Shown here in pieces: positions 29,392 through 38,591 of a stretch of DNA of 64,000 nt. The first letter of the stretch is position 1, and each line of letters opens with the position of its first letter. The stretch is taken from IMG/VR virus record IMGVR_UViG_3300012988_000001, positions 124,001-188,000 of that record, one strand, 5' to 3'. The position numbers and the translations under genes are program-made. The notes under the pieces were generated by a model, which did not search any database, was not told the DNA's origin, and saw nothing but the letters and a program-made list of their open reading frames with translations.

Positions 29392-30504
29392 TTAGATGTG
29401 ATCGCTAATTGGTTCTATTGGTGACTGCCATGCTAGTGTTACAATAATGTGCAAACTACCAGTACTTGAATTATTAACGGATTCGTTAAAAATACAAGAT
29501 AGAATTTCATCTTGATCACTTGGTTCATGGTTAATTTCATCAACAATGAAACGATATGTACTGCGAATATCAAAGTACTCGCTAGGTGCAATAACAATAC
29601 CATCAGTTTCTGATTGTACTGTGCCACCAAAGCGTACAAACATTTCTAGCACATCATTATTATATGCTTCTTCCATATTCACTTGAATATTAGAAACTAC
29701 ATATCCAGCAGGAACAGTACCGATTACAAGTAATGCGTTATTATAGCTGTGGTCAATGTTGTTGACGATAACTTTAATATCCTTACCGGGTTCACCTTGA
29801 TCGCCTTTGATTGAATCCCCTTGGTTACCTTTTGGACCACGGAATTGCATACCATCAGACCATTGTGTACCTACTTCTGGTGCAGGTTTGGCTTCTACGT
29901 AATAGATTTCACCATCTTCTGTGTTATAGAATGTGTAACCAATTGGTAGGCCAGTTAATGGAGGGAATACTGAATCTTGTAAGTCGATAATAAAGCGACC
30001 ACGTAGACCTTGTTCACCACGCCATTGATACGAAGTCCATGAAGTAGTGTCTAAGTCGTAAATGTAAATCTTACCATCATCGGTATTATAAAAAACGAAT
30101 TCGTCAAATAGACCAGTTGTTGGAAGTTCTGTGCCTTGTGCGTCAATTTGGAATGGGCGACCTTGTTCACCTTGTTCACCACGACCAAATGGGGTTCTTA
30201 CCCAAGTTACCGGAATTACACCGGGTTCAGATGTTTTGAAATATAGATAGAGTGGAGTACTCGCAAGGCTCAAGTAAGACCAGTTTAAAGGTTGTTCCGG
30301 CTGATAGTTCTCATCCGGTACATCCATACCGATTTGATCAGGTAGAAAACTTAGACCATTTTCCCCATCACGTCCTACAACAAGACCTAGATCTTCTTTC
30401 GTATTATCTGCATAAGTTACAATAAGGTGTCCTGCTTCGTTAATGTTGAAGGTTTCACCAGCACAATTACAAGAAGACGACCCATTGTTAAATGAAATTG
30501 TCAT
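29392..30504 (-). CDS. Virion protein with short collagen-like GXY segments
   Basis: GRDGENG, GEQGEQG, GPKGNQG..GDQGEPG; start moved to ATG 30504 (AAGGA SD). Confidence 0.75.
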   Translation of the reverse strand: MTISFNNGSSSCNCAGETFNINEAGHLIVTYADNTKEDLGLVVGRDGENGLSFLPDQIGMDVPDENYQPEQPLNWSYLSLASTPLYLYFKTSEPGVIPVTWVRTPFGRGEQGEQGRPFQIDAQGTELPTTGLFDEFVFYNTDDGKIYIYDLDTTSWTSYQWRGEQGLRGRFIIDLQDSVFPPLTGLPIGYTFYNTEDGEIYYVEAKPAPEVGTQWSDGMQFRGPKGNQGDSIKGDQGEPGKDIKVIVNNIDHSYNNALLVIGTVPAGYVVSNIQVNMEEAYNNDVLEMFVRFGGTVQSETDGIVIAPSEYFDIRSTYRFIVDEINHEPSDQDEILSCIFNESVNNSSTGSLHIIVTLAWQSPIEPISDHI

Positions 30505-30539
30505 ATTTATTTCCTTATGAGTTGTTGTCATATTACAGA

Positions 30540-30578
30540 TATTTATCAGGTAAAATTACATTTGACTTCCAATAAATA
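30540..30578. promoter_or_regulatory. Divergent pair of late promoters
   Basis: TATTTA 30540-30545 (minus-strand TAAATA) and TAAATA 30573-30578 (plus). Confidence 0.7.
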
Positions 30579-30608
30579 ATTAAAAGTTTATTTACGAGGG
30601 CTAATACA

Positions 30609-31106
30609 ATGGCTTTAAGATCAAAGAATTTTCTTTTCAGAAGAAAGGACAAAAGCGGAGTTTGGCAAGATTACCAAGACTCTGATACATGGTATCCTAC
30701 CAATGAAGACTTTTATTGGAACGAAGTTTCATTAAGCCTTCCTGCTGGTGGATATTGGGGTAGTACTACAGGATTGCATACAATTGCATTCACATTGCGT
30801 GAATTCATAGGACGTATATATGTTCAAGCAACATTAGCTAGTGACCCACAAGAAGAAGATTGGTTCCCAATAAAATTTAATGAAAACTGTAAATATTATA
30901 TGGAATTCACTGATACACGAATCTATAACTCAAACACTGGCGTTCTTATGACCGATCCGGGTGCGACAGGTACATTCGCTGAATCATTAACTGGAAACTT
31001 CACTTACCTACGAGTTGGTATCGACCGCAACTATATTAGTCACGACCCAACAATTCTACAAAAACGTATGAGCGGGAAGCTAGAAGAAATTCAAATTAAC
31101 TACTAA
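30609..31106 (+). CDS. Hypothetical late virion protein
   Basis: GAGG SD, late promoter; F.GRIYVQATL..P...DWF..GNFTYLR beta-rich pattern. Confidence 0.75.
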   Translation: MALRSKNFLFRRKDKSGVWQDYQDSDTWYPTNEDFYWNEVSLSLPAGGYWGSTTGLHTIAFTLREFIGRIYVQATLASDPQEEDWFPIKFNENCKYYMEFTDTRIYNSNTGVLMTDPGATGTFAESLTGNFTYLRVGIDRNYISHDPTILQKRMSGKLEEIQINY

Positions 31107-31115
31107 GGAAATGAA

Positions 31116-31724
31116 ATGGAAACCAAAATTGAACAACCGTTCTTGTTCGTTAAAGGTCATGTACTTATTACAGACGTAACCGACCCAGAAAACGAGAAAG
31201 TACTTCTCGATAAAGCAAACGCAATTCACCCAGAGAATATGAGCCGTGCAATAGCTGATGCGTTAGCTAATAACGTAGACAGTCTTGGTGTTAGTATTGG
31301 TGCTATTTCTGAAATGCGTTTCGGTAATGGCGGGACTGTAGTATTAAGTACTGGTCGCGTAACTTACAAGACTCCACGCGTAACATCATTCGGTGGACTT
31401 TATTCCGAAACCTACGCTAAAAAAATTAACCCACGCGTTACTGCTGGTGTTGATTCTCAATATAACAATATCACAACTATGCACATTCCCGGTCAAGTAT
31501 ATACCGATATCATTTGTGTATGTACTCTAGGACTAGGCGAGCCAAGTGGTCAGAACACAAGTTCAAGTACAAACATGGATGGAACATACGTATTCGATGA
31601 GCTTGGCCTTTATACTGATGGTGCTAATGGATTACCACTAACTCATATTATCTTCCATCCAGTAGAGAAAAGTGCTAACCGTGTATTACAAGTAAAATAC
31701 ACAGTTCGAGTACAACTACAATAA
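31116..31724 (+). CDS. Baseplate/fibre-collar-like virion protein
   Basis: FGNGG, FDELGLY, HPVEKSANRVLQVKY motifs typical of collar-type domains. Confidence 0.6.
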   Translation: METKIEQPFLFVKGHVLITDVTDPENEKVLLDKANAIHPENMSRAIADALANNVDSLGVSIGAISEMRFGNGGTVVLSTGRVTYKTPRVTSFGGLYSETYAKKINPRVTAGVDSQYNNITTMHIPGQVYTDIICVCTLGLGEPSGQNTSSSTNMDGTYVFDELGLYTDGANGLPLTHIIFHPVEKSANRVLQVKYTVRVQLQ

Positions 31725-31734
31725 GGATGTTTAA

Positions 31735-32838
31735 ATGATTAACTATGTAATTAAACGAAGTAATGGAAAGATTTATGCATCTATTCCAAGTAACTCAATA
31801 TTAGGCCCGAATCAACCAAATACTAACCCAGCACCAATTAACCTAGTTGGTCGAAATAAAGTTGGTTATGGTCAAGCATGGGATGAAAACGCATTATGGC
31901 AAGCTGAAAACTTTGCAGGACAATTGGCTCCAAAGGGTTCAGTAATCGGTCAAATCTGGTACAGATATACTTCCGGTACTGGTGAACTATTAATTTCATT
32001 AGTGGACAATGCTCGTCAACCAGACGCCAGCCAACCGGACACTGAATTAGATTGGGCTGCAATCCCAATGATTACAGTATTCAATACTGTTCCAGATGGT
32101 TCAAACTCAATCATGGGTAGAATGGTGTTGACAAATAATGGCGATTCACTTAAAGTACTAATGAAGGATAAAGAGTGGCGTGAAATTCAAACAACTCGTC
32201 CACAAAACAAACAATTTGAATCTTTGCTTGATATCGAATATGATGCCGGAACAAAATATATTTCGTTCACACAAACTTCATCATTACGTCCAATTTCGTA
32301 TTTTAACGTTGGGGCAGCGAGTGAAGTTGATGATGCAGGATATACAGTGTTCCAAAATGGTGATGGTGTTTTCCAATTTGGATCAAACTATTTCTACGAA
32401 CTAAAAATTATCGGGCGTGAAGTAACAACACAGAATGGTAATATCGTTTCAGTTCCACAAAACTATAAAACTTGGCTAATTAAGGGTTCTTGGTATGTGA
32501 ATAATGAAGGTACGTATGTTCCGGGAACTACGGTGGCTTCAGCATTACCAGATCCACGTCGTGTTGCCAACCTAACTCAAAATATAGACATTATTGATAG
32601 TACTCAAGACACTTGGAACGTATCAGTCAATATAAATGGTATTGATGTATCACTACCGGGAGCTAATGGCACAACGCAAGCGGATTATGAAAACTATGTT
32701 CTTTCTTCTCTTAATAGTAATAAGAACTTGGGTATTCGAATTGATGGAAACATTACAGGTTTAGCCGCAGGGCAAACAAAATTAACACAATGGTCAGTAT
32801 TCATTAAAATTACTGGCGTACCACCAATCGGTGTATAA
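31735..32838 (+). CDS. Fibre-attachment-like virion protein
   Basis: LVGRNKVGYGQ...ENFA...P...GQIWY N-terminal module typical of fibre/baseplate proteins. Confidence 0.6.
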   Translation: MINYVIKRSNGKIYASIPSNSILGPNQPNTNPAPINLVGRNKVGYGQAWDENALWQAENFAGQLAPKGSVIGQIWYRYTSGTGELLISLVDNARQPDASQPDTELDWAAIPMITVFNTVPDGSNSIMGRMVLTNNGDSLKVLMKDKEWREIQTTRPQNKQFESLLDIEYDAGTKYISFTQTSSLRPISYFNVGAASEVDDAGYTVFQNGDGVFQFGSNYFYELKIIGREVTTQNGNIVSVPQNYKTWLIKGSWYVNNEGTYVPGTTVASALPDPRRVANLTQNIDIIDSTQDTWNVSVNINGIDVSLPGANGTTQADYENYVLSSLNSNKNLGIRIDGNITGLAAGQTKLTQWSVFIKITGVPPIGV

Positions 32839-32839
32839 T

Positions 32840-32867
32840 AAAAAAGGAGGCAATTGCCTCCTTTTTT
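32840..32867. terminator. Bidirectional terminator
   Basis: AAAAAGGAGGC-AATT-GCCTCCTTTTT between convergent genes. Confidence 0.9.
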
Positions 32868-33328
32868 TATTTTGATAAACTATTCAAGAATGGTGTATCG
32901 TTTTTGATGGATTCCCATAGAGAAGTAAAGTCGTGGACAATGTTGGGATTGTATAAAGTACTCTTAGCCCCCGGATGGAGTGGCTTAGGCCAATTACCAA
33001 TTTTAACCCATGCATATCCTGCACTTTCATCATTCAAAATAGGAATAAACTCATCTTTGACAACTACAATAAAAGAATAGTACTTGAACTTACCATTCTT
33101 AGTACAGAATACATCAAATGGTATAATATCTTCTATAATAGGAACAGAGTTCCCAAGTTCTTCTAGTATCTCTCGGTGTAGTGCTTCAAGTGGTATTTCG
33201 TGATTCTCAATCTTACCACCTACGAAGCCCCAGTTGTTAGAGTACGTTACAGTGTCCGAGCGTAGATTTAACATCATACGCCCTGTACTCTTAGCTAGGA
33301 ATATAGCACCGACAGCTTCGTTTGTCAT
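32867..33328 (-). CDS. NUDIX hydrolase
   Basis: WGFVGGKIENHEIPLEALHREILEELG; LNDES; PLHPG. Confidence 0.9.
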   Translation of the reverse strand: MTNEAVGAIFLAKSTGRMMLNLRSDTVTYSNNWGFVGGKIENHEIPLEALHREILEELGNSVPIIEDIIPFDVFCTKNGKFKYYSFIVVVKDEFIPILNDESAGYAWVKIGNWPKPLHPGAKSTLYNPNIVHDFTSLWESIKNDTPFLNSLSK

Positions 33329-33337
33329 AAGTTCTCC

Positions 33338-34675
33338 TTAGTCTTTAAACCCAATTCTCCAGTAACCAGCCCGATACTTATTCATTACTCCACGATGCCA
33401 GCCGAATTCACTATTATAACGATAGTAACATTCATCGGAACTGTTGTAAACGTACCCACTGATCGTGGATGGTTCGATTATTTCTGCCCCGTCATTAGTA
33501 ATCTTAGCGAGGTAGTTAGGTGGTATAGTACTTTTCTTGTAATCTATATTCCGTTCTGATATATTAATGTATAATTGTTCAGGTAACGCATTAGTAAGCG
33601 GGTCTGCATCAACTATAAATTCTTTTATACCAGTAATGTTTTGGTAGATTGAAGAATCCACTTGCACAAGCAACTTATTTGCGTTATCATCTGTACCAAC
33701 GCTGATGACTTCACCCTTAATTGGGCTAGTGTCCTCAATCCCTTGCAAGAATCTAATTGATTTTTGCTTATTCTTGAAATCAGGCTCTAAGTACTTGAAA
33801 TATACATCCCATGAGAAGATTTTACCATTCCTAGATAATGTATTTAATCCTTCTCCAACTAAGGTAAGTTCATAAATCTCATTACTTTTGGTTGCACTGT
33901 CAATTTTCTCTACTTTTACTGCCATATTTTTAGGAGTAAACACATCAACGATAACATCATCAAAATCACTTAGTATAAAATCACTTTCAGTATTGGCTAA
34001 ATGCATATTAGTTACAATTTGTTGAATTAATTTTGGTTTAGTTACTTTTGCAGGTAGACTCATCCACACTTGGCACTTAAATTGCATAGTTGCAATGTCC
34101 AAATCGGTGTCAGTACCTTGTGGCATAGCTCTTGAACTGAATGTTGTCCCAATTAATTCAACATCAGTAAGAGAACACCAATCAAGTGGGTTCTCTGAGG
34201 TCTGTAATGTTACCGCCGGGGCAAATAATGTTGCTATTTGCTCCATTATTTCCATTTTAGAAGTAAGTAACGTTGTCCAAATGTTAACACTAAAGGTTAA
34301 ATCCCACGGAACTGGGTTAAAACGTTCGATAAAGTACTGTTTATCTAGTTCTGGTGTGTATTCATTTTGTGCTGGTGATACATTTGTACCCAAAACAATT
34401 TTTTGTGACCAATGCGAACGCACATCCTTACGTGCCATTGTGAATTCATCAACACTAACTGTCATCATTGGTGCAGATTTAGCTACGTTTTCACTACCAC
34501 CACTAATAATGTACTGTGCCATACGAGAAAAATCAGCATATCTGCACGGTACTTTTCGATATTTTGGATTTCCTTCATCATCAGTACCAAATTGTACTTG
34601 AAATTCACTAAAAAGCCAGATTAAGTGCATTAGTGTTCGACGGAATTGACCATCATAGAAATATTCAACTTTCAT
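33338..34675 (-). CDS. gp15: Tail completion / sheath stabiliser (T4 gp15-like) with C-terminal extension
   Basis: YFYDGQFRR, KVP, PVPWDLTFSVNIWT, EQIATLFAP motifs. Confidence 0.8.
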   Translation of the reverse strand: MKVEYFYDGQFRRTLMHLIWLFSEFQVQFGTDDEGNPKYRKVPCRYADFSRMAQYIISGGSENVAKSAPMMTVSVDEFTMARKDVRSHWSQKIVLGTNVSPAQNEYTPELDKQYFIERFNPVPWDLTFSVNIWTTLLTSKMEIMEQIATLFAPAVTLQTSENPLDWCSLTDVELIGTTFSSRAMPQGTDTDLDIATMQFKCQVWMSLPAKVTKPKLIQQIVTNMHLANTESDFILSDFDDVIVDVFTPKNMAVKVEKIDSATKSNEIYELTLVGEGLNTLSRNGKIFSWDVYFKYLEPDFKNKQKSIRFLQGIEDTSPIKGEVISVGTDDNANKLLVQVDSSIYQNITGIKEFIVDADPLTNALPEQLYINISERNIDYKKSTIPPNYLAKITNDGAEIIEPSTISGYVYNSSDECYYRYNSEFGWHRGVMNKYRAGYWRIGFKD

Positions 34676-36174
34676 TATTTGTTATCCTTATGTACTCTGT
34701 ACACAATATTTGGTTTTACTACATCTGGTAGTGCTACTCGGTCTTTACTATTCACAAAACCTGTCATATACTGATCTGCACCTGTTCTTGGTAGACGACC
34801 ACCGTAATTGAACTGTTTCCAAGACTTAGTTTCATCACTATACCTCCAAAGTGTTACTGGTGTATAGTCAGTACGATAGTAGTACTCGCCATCACTAGGA
34901 TCAGATGGGAATTGTGTACCTTCATCAACCACTCCACGTGCTGGTGGGATTTCAGGACGAATATCTTCTGGATTATAAATGTTTTCTATAACACTATTGC
35001 TCACAAAATGGTCTTGATGTTCAAGTGGGGCTGGAATCCACGTTTTATCGTCATCTAGCACTTGATATAAAGCTGGATTGGAGTATAATACATAGAAACC
35101 ATCAACATTGGACGGTACAGACTCTTCGGTTGTGTATGGTAGGTCACAAATTAGCCAACGCTTTTCATCTTTGTAGTACTGGTAAAGTGAATAACCACAA
35201 ACCGATGCAGAATCAGACATAAAGTAGAAGTCGCCATCTTTTGGACGTTTGGGGAAGTCACTACCAATCTTAGATTTAGCGTCTACCCATTCACCGTTAA
35301 CTTCTTCCTTAAGTACTGGTAACGTTTCTTTCCAGAAGAACATGTTTTTTGATGGTTTTTTAGGGAATGTTGTGCCACTAAAGATTTCACGTGCTTCACT
35401 GTATAAATCCTCACGATCATTATACAAATGTTCATTTGTGAAGTGAATATATGGTACTTCATCATCAGCTTGTGCTACAATAGCGTTCATGATAGCCATC
35501 TCGTTGTCATAATCGCTTTGTTCACTTCCATCACCGGAACTGTTACCATTACCATTGTTCGGATCATCTGGATTATCAGGGAAGTTGTTACTACCACCAC
35601 CGATGATATCAGCGTATTCTGGACTATCAGTAAGTGGTTTAACACGTAGTTTGAAAATGTGATGTTGCCATGTTACAGAATAACCTTCTGAAGTGCGAAA
35701 GGCATCTTGAACAACATAAAAACGGTTCAACCCACTATCTTTACCTAGAACATCAAAATCACGAAGGTTAGGTAGTTCTATAACATCACCGGGTAAGATT
35801 TTTCTTCCCACACGCTGCATCATAGTGTTATAATGAACCGTAATATCCATTGTGTTGAAGTTGAAGAATAAACCCGGTATCTTTAAGTCTGGTGTTGCTT
35901 CTTGAACTTGGTATACTGCTGGAATTGTAATTGCTTGTAGGTCGTATGCACGGTCTGGTGTTTCACCAAAAATTAAGTCACCGATGCTTGACACATCGAT
36001 TGAGTTACCTGTATAATCAGGCATAGTTAGGTCGGTGTTTCCTGTGTTTTGTTTAGGTCCGATATAACAGTACAAAAACATGTCAACACCACCCATGTTG
36101 TACTGATCGGCAATTGCACCGTCGATGAACTTATAGTCATCATGACGGCCTTTTTTCCACATTTGATATGCCAT
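34675..36174 (-). CDS. gp14: Neck/head-closure protein (T4 gp14-like) with C-terminal repeat extension
   Basis: DLIFGE, PGDVIELP, FYVV core; next to gp15; late promoter upstream. Confidence 0.7.
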   Translation of the reverse strand: MAYQMWKKGRHDDYKFIDGAIADQYNMGGVDMFLYCYIGPKQNTGNTDLTMPDYTGNSIDVSSIGDLIFGETPDRAYDLQAITIPAVYQVQEATPDLKIPGLFFNFNTMDITVHYNTMMQRVGRKILPGDVIELPNLRDFDVLGKDSGLNRFYVVQDAFRTSEGYSVTWQHHIFKLRVKPLTDSPEYADIIGGGSNNFPDNPDDPNNGNGNSSGDGSEQSDYDNEMAIMNAIVAQADDEVPYIHFTNEHLYNDREDLYSEAREIFSGTTFPKKPSKNMFFWKETLPVLKEEVNGEWVDAKSKIGSDFPKRPKDGDFYFMSDSASVCGYSLYQYYKDEKRWLICDLPYTTEESVPSNVDGFYVLYSNPALYQVLDDDKTWIPAPLEHQDHFVSNSVIENIYNPEDIRPEIPPARGVVDEGTQFPSDPSDGEYYYRTDYTPVTLWRYSDETKSWKQFNYGGRLPRTGADQYMTGFVNSKDRVALPDVVKPNIVYRVHKDNK

Positions 36175-36204
36175 TTTAAGTCTCCAAAATGTTTATATGT
36201 AACG

Positions 36205-36246
36205 TATTTATTTTTTTGGGACAAACGAACATTTATGTGATATAAT
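36205..36246. promoter_or_regulatory. Composite divergent promoter: late TAAATA (minus) + GGGACA-N17-TATAAT (plus)
   Basis: TATTTA 36205-36210, N7, GGGACA 36218-36223, TATAAT 36241-36246. Confidence 0.85.
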
Positions 36247-36286
36247 CATTTTATATCGTGCTAAATTAACAAAGGAGAATGCACTT

Positions 36287-38557
36287 ATGAGTTCCAGTTT
36301 CCAAGATTTGTTCAATGATAGTAAAGCACTAGCCCAACAGCTAGGCCATCAATTCATGACCGTAGACCACCTAAGTGCAACTGTGTTAAAGGTTCAAAGT
36401 GTTAAAGACGCACTAGAATCTTTCTCAATTGACACTAATATCCTAGGTCAACGTATCGAAGATTATCTTCGTGAAGTACCACCTCCTGAGCTACCTGTGT
36501 CCGTCCAAGAACAAATTGGAAGCGACCAAGTACCGGTATCAGTCCTTGTTACTCGTGTGATGAACGAGCTACAAAAACAAGCTGTAATTGAACAGCTAAA
36601 AAATGATGATTTCGTAGTAGAAGGTTTCTTTGTACTATTCGAATGTCTATCATTCTCAAACACTGCACTAGAAGCAGCATTGAAAGAACAATCTCTAACA
36701 CGTGCAGAAGTGGCCCGTTCACTACAAACATATGTTAGTAATGTTCGTTCAGATCTTGATTTAACAAAGACTGTAAAAAACGAACCGAAAGGAGGTCGTG
36801 TGTCTCAACAACAACCATCATCTGGTAAGAAATCTATTGAAGATTACACTACCAACCTAACCGACCTTGCACGTGAGGGTAAACTAGACCCAATGATTGG
36901 TCGTGAGAAAGAGCTACTAGCACTAATTGAGACTCTATCTCGTCGTACTAAGAAAAACCCATGCCTTGCAGGTGAAGCAGGTGTTGGTAAAACCCAAATC
37001 ATCGACGGTCTAGCACAAGCAATCGTTGATGGTAATGTCCCAGAACACATGAAAGAACTAACTATTCTTTCCCTAGATATGGGTTCATTCACTGCTGGTA
37101 CTAAGTATCGTGGTGAATTCGAAGAACGCGTTGACAACTTCCTAAAAGAACTAAAGAAACGTGAAAATACCATCATCTTCATCGATGAAATCCATACTAT
37201 CATGGGTGCTGGTTCTTCATCTTCTGGTACTATGGATATGAGCAACCTAATCAAACCTGCTCTATCTCGTGGTGAGATTAGCGTTATCGGTGCAACCACA
37301 TATGACGAATATCGTCAACACATCGAAAAAGATGGTGCACTATCTCGTCGTTTCATGAAAATTGACGTAGTTGAACCAACTTATGATGAAACTGCTCAAA
37401 TCGTAAAAGGTATCCAATCCAAATACGAAGAGTTCCACGGTGTTACCTACACTGAAGATGCAATTGCAGCAGTAATGGAACTATCCAAGAAGCACCTACA
37501 GTCTCGTCGTTATCCTGATAAGGCAATCGATCTACTTGATGCTTCAGCAGCCAAGAACCGCACTAAGGTTGGTACTGATTTAGTAGTTAAACGTTCTGAT
37601 ATCGAAGAAGTAGTTGCAAGTATTGCTAACCTAGACCTTTCTGTGGTAGCATGTACTGAAAGTACTCGTATGAATGAACTACCAGACCTACTACGCAAAC
37701 GTGTATTCGGTCAAGAAGAAGCAGTACAGAAACTTGTTGATAACGTAATGGTTGCACGTGCTGGCCTACGTTCTGACGCAAGCGTACAAGGTGCATTCAT
37801 GTTTGTCGGACCATCTGGTACTGGTAAAACTGAGATCTCCAAAGCATTAGCTGATTCAATGGGTTCTAAGCTAATTCGTTTCGACATGTCAGAGTTCTCA
37901 CAGGAACATACTGTAGCTAAACTAATCGGCTCACCACCGGGTTATGTTGGTCACGACACTGGTAACGGTCTACTACTAGATCAAATCGAATCGCATCCTA
38001 ATGCAGTTCTATTGCTAGATGAGATCGAGAAAGCACACCCTAAAGTACTACTAACCTTCCTTCAAGTACTAGATGAAGGTCGTCTAACTGGTTCTAAAGG
38101 TAAAACTGTGTTCTTCAATAACGTAACTGTTATTATGACTACTAACCTAGGGGCTAAAGACTCTGAGAAACGTAGCATGAGTATGGGTAGTTCTGAAACT
38201 GGTCAGGATAAGGCTATTAAAGCATTCCTACCACCAGAATTCCTAAACCGTATTGATTCAATCGTGAAGTTCAAAGAACTAAGCACTGAAGCAATCGACA
38301 GCGTTATTGACAAGTTCATGAAAGAAGTACAAGATTCCGTAGCTGGTCGTAAAGTTGCAATCGTCCTACAAGATGATGCTCGTGCTTGGTTGGCAGCGAA
38401 CGGTGTACAGAAAGGCATGGGTGCACGTCCAATGAAACGCACCATTGAACAAAACATCAAGCTACCACTAGCACGTGAAATCCTTTGTGGTTCACTACAA
38501 AATGGCGGCGTTGCTGAGTTCACAATCGAAGACGGCAAGATTGTTCTTCAAAAATAA
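36287..38557 (+). CDS. clpA: ClpA-like Hsp100 AAA+ unfoldase
   Basis: Clp N-domain; GEAGVGKT/IFIDE and GPSGTGKT/LLLDE; AGTKYRGEFEER; PPGYVG; GARP; no ClpB M-domain. Confidence 0.92.
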   Translation: MSSSFQDLFNDSKALAQQLGHQFMTVDHLSATVLKVQSVKDALESFSIDTNILGQRIEDYLREVPPPELPVSVQEQIGSDQVPVSVLVTRVMNELQKQAVIEQLKNDDFVVEGFFVLFECLSFSNTALEAALKEQSLTRAEVARSLQTYVSNVRSDLDLTKTVKNEPKGGRVSQQQPSSGKKSIEDYTTNLTDLAREGKLDPMIGREKELLALIETLSRRTKKNPCLAGEAGVGKTQIIDGLAQAIVDGNVPEHMKELTILSLDMGSFTAGTKYRGEFEERVDNFLKELKKRENTIIFIDEIHTIMGAGSSSSGTMDMSNLIKPALSRGEISVIGATTYDEYRQHIEKDGALSRRFMKIDVVEPTYDETAQIVKGIQSKYEEFHGVTYTEDAIAAVMELSKKHLQSRRYPDKAIDLLDASAAKNRTKVGTDLVVKRSDIEEVVASIANLDLSVVACTESTRMNELPDLLRKRVFGQEEAVQKLVDNVMVARAGLRSDASVQGAFMFVGPSGTGKTEISKALADSMGSKLIRFDMSEFSQEHTVAKLIGSPPGYVGHDTGNGLLLDQIESHPNAVLLLDEIEKAHPKVLLTFLQVLDEGRLTGSKGKTVFFNNVTVIMTTNLGAKDSEKRSMSMGSSETGQDKAIKAFLPPEFLNRIDSIVKFKELSTEAIDSVIDKFMKEVQDSVAGRKVAIVLQDDARAWLAANGVQKGMGARPMKRTIEQNIKLPLAREILCGSLQNGGVAEFTIEDGKIVLQK

Positions 38558-38562
38558 GAAAT

Positions 38563-38589
38563 AAAAAAGGAGCCAATTGGCTCCTTTTT
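38563..38589. terminator. Bidirectional terminator
   Basis: AAAAAAGGAGCC-AATT-GGCTCCTTTTT. Confidence 0.9.
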
Positions 38590-38591
38590 GT

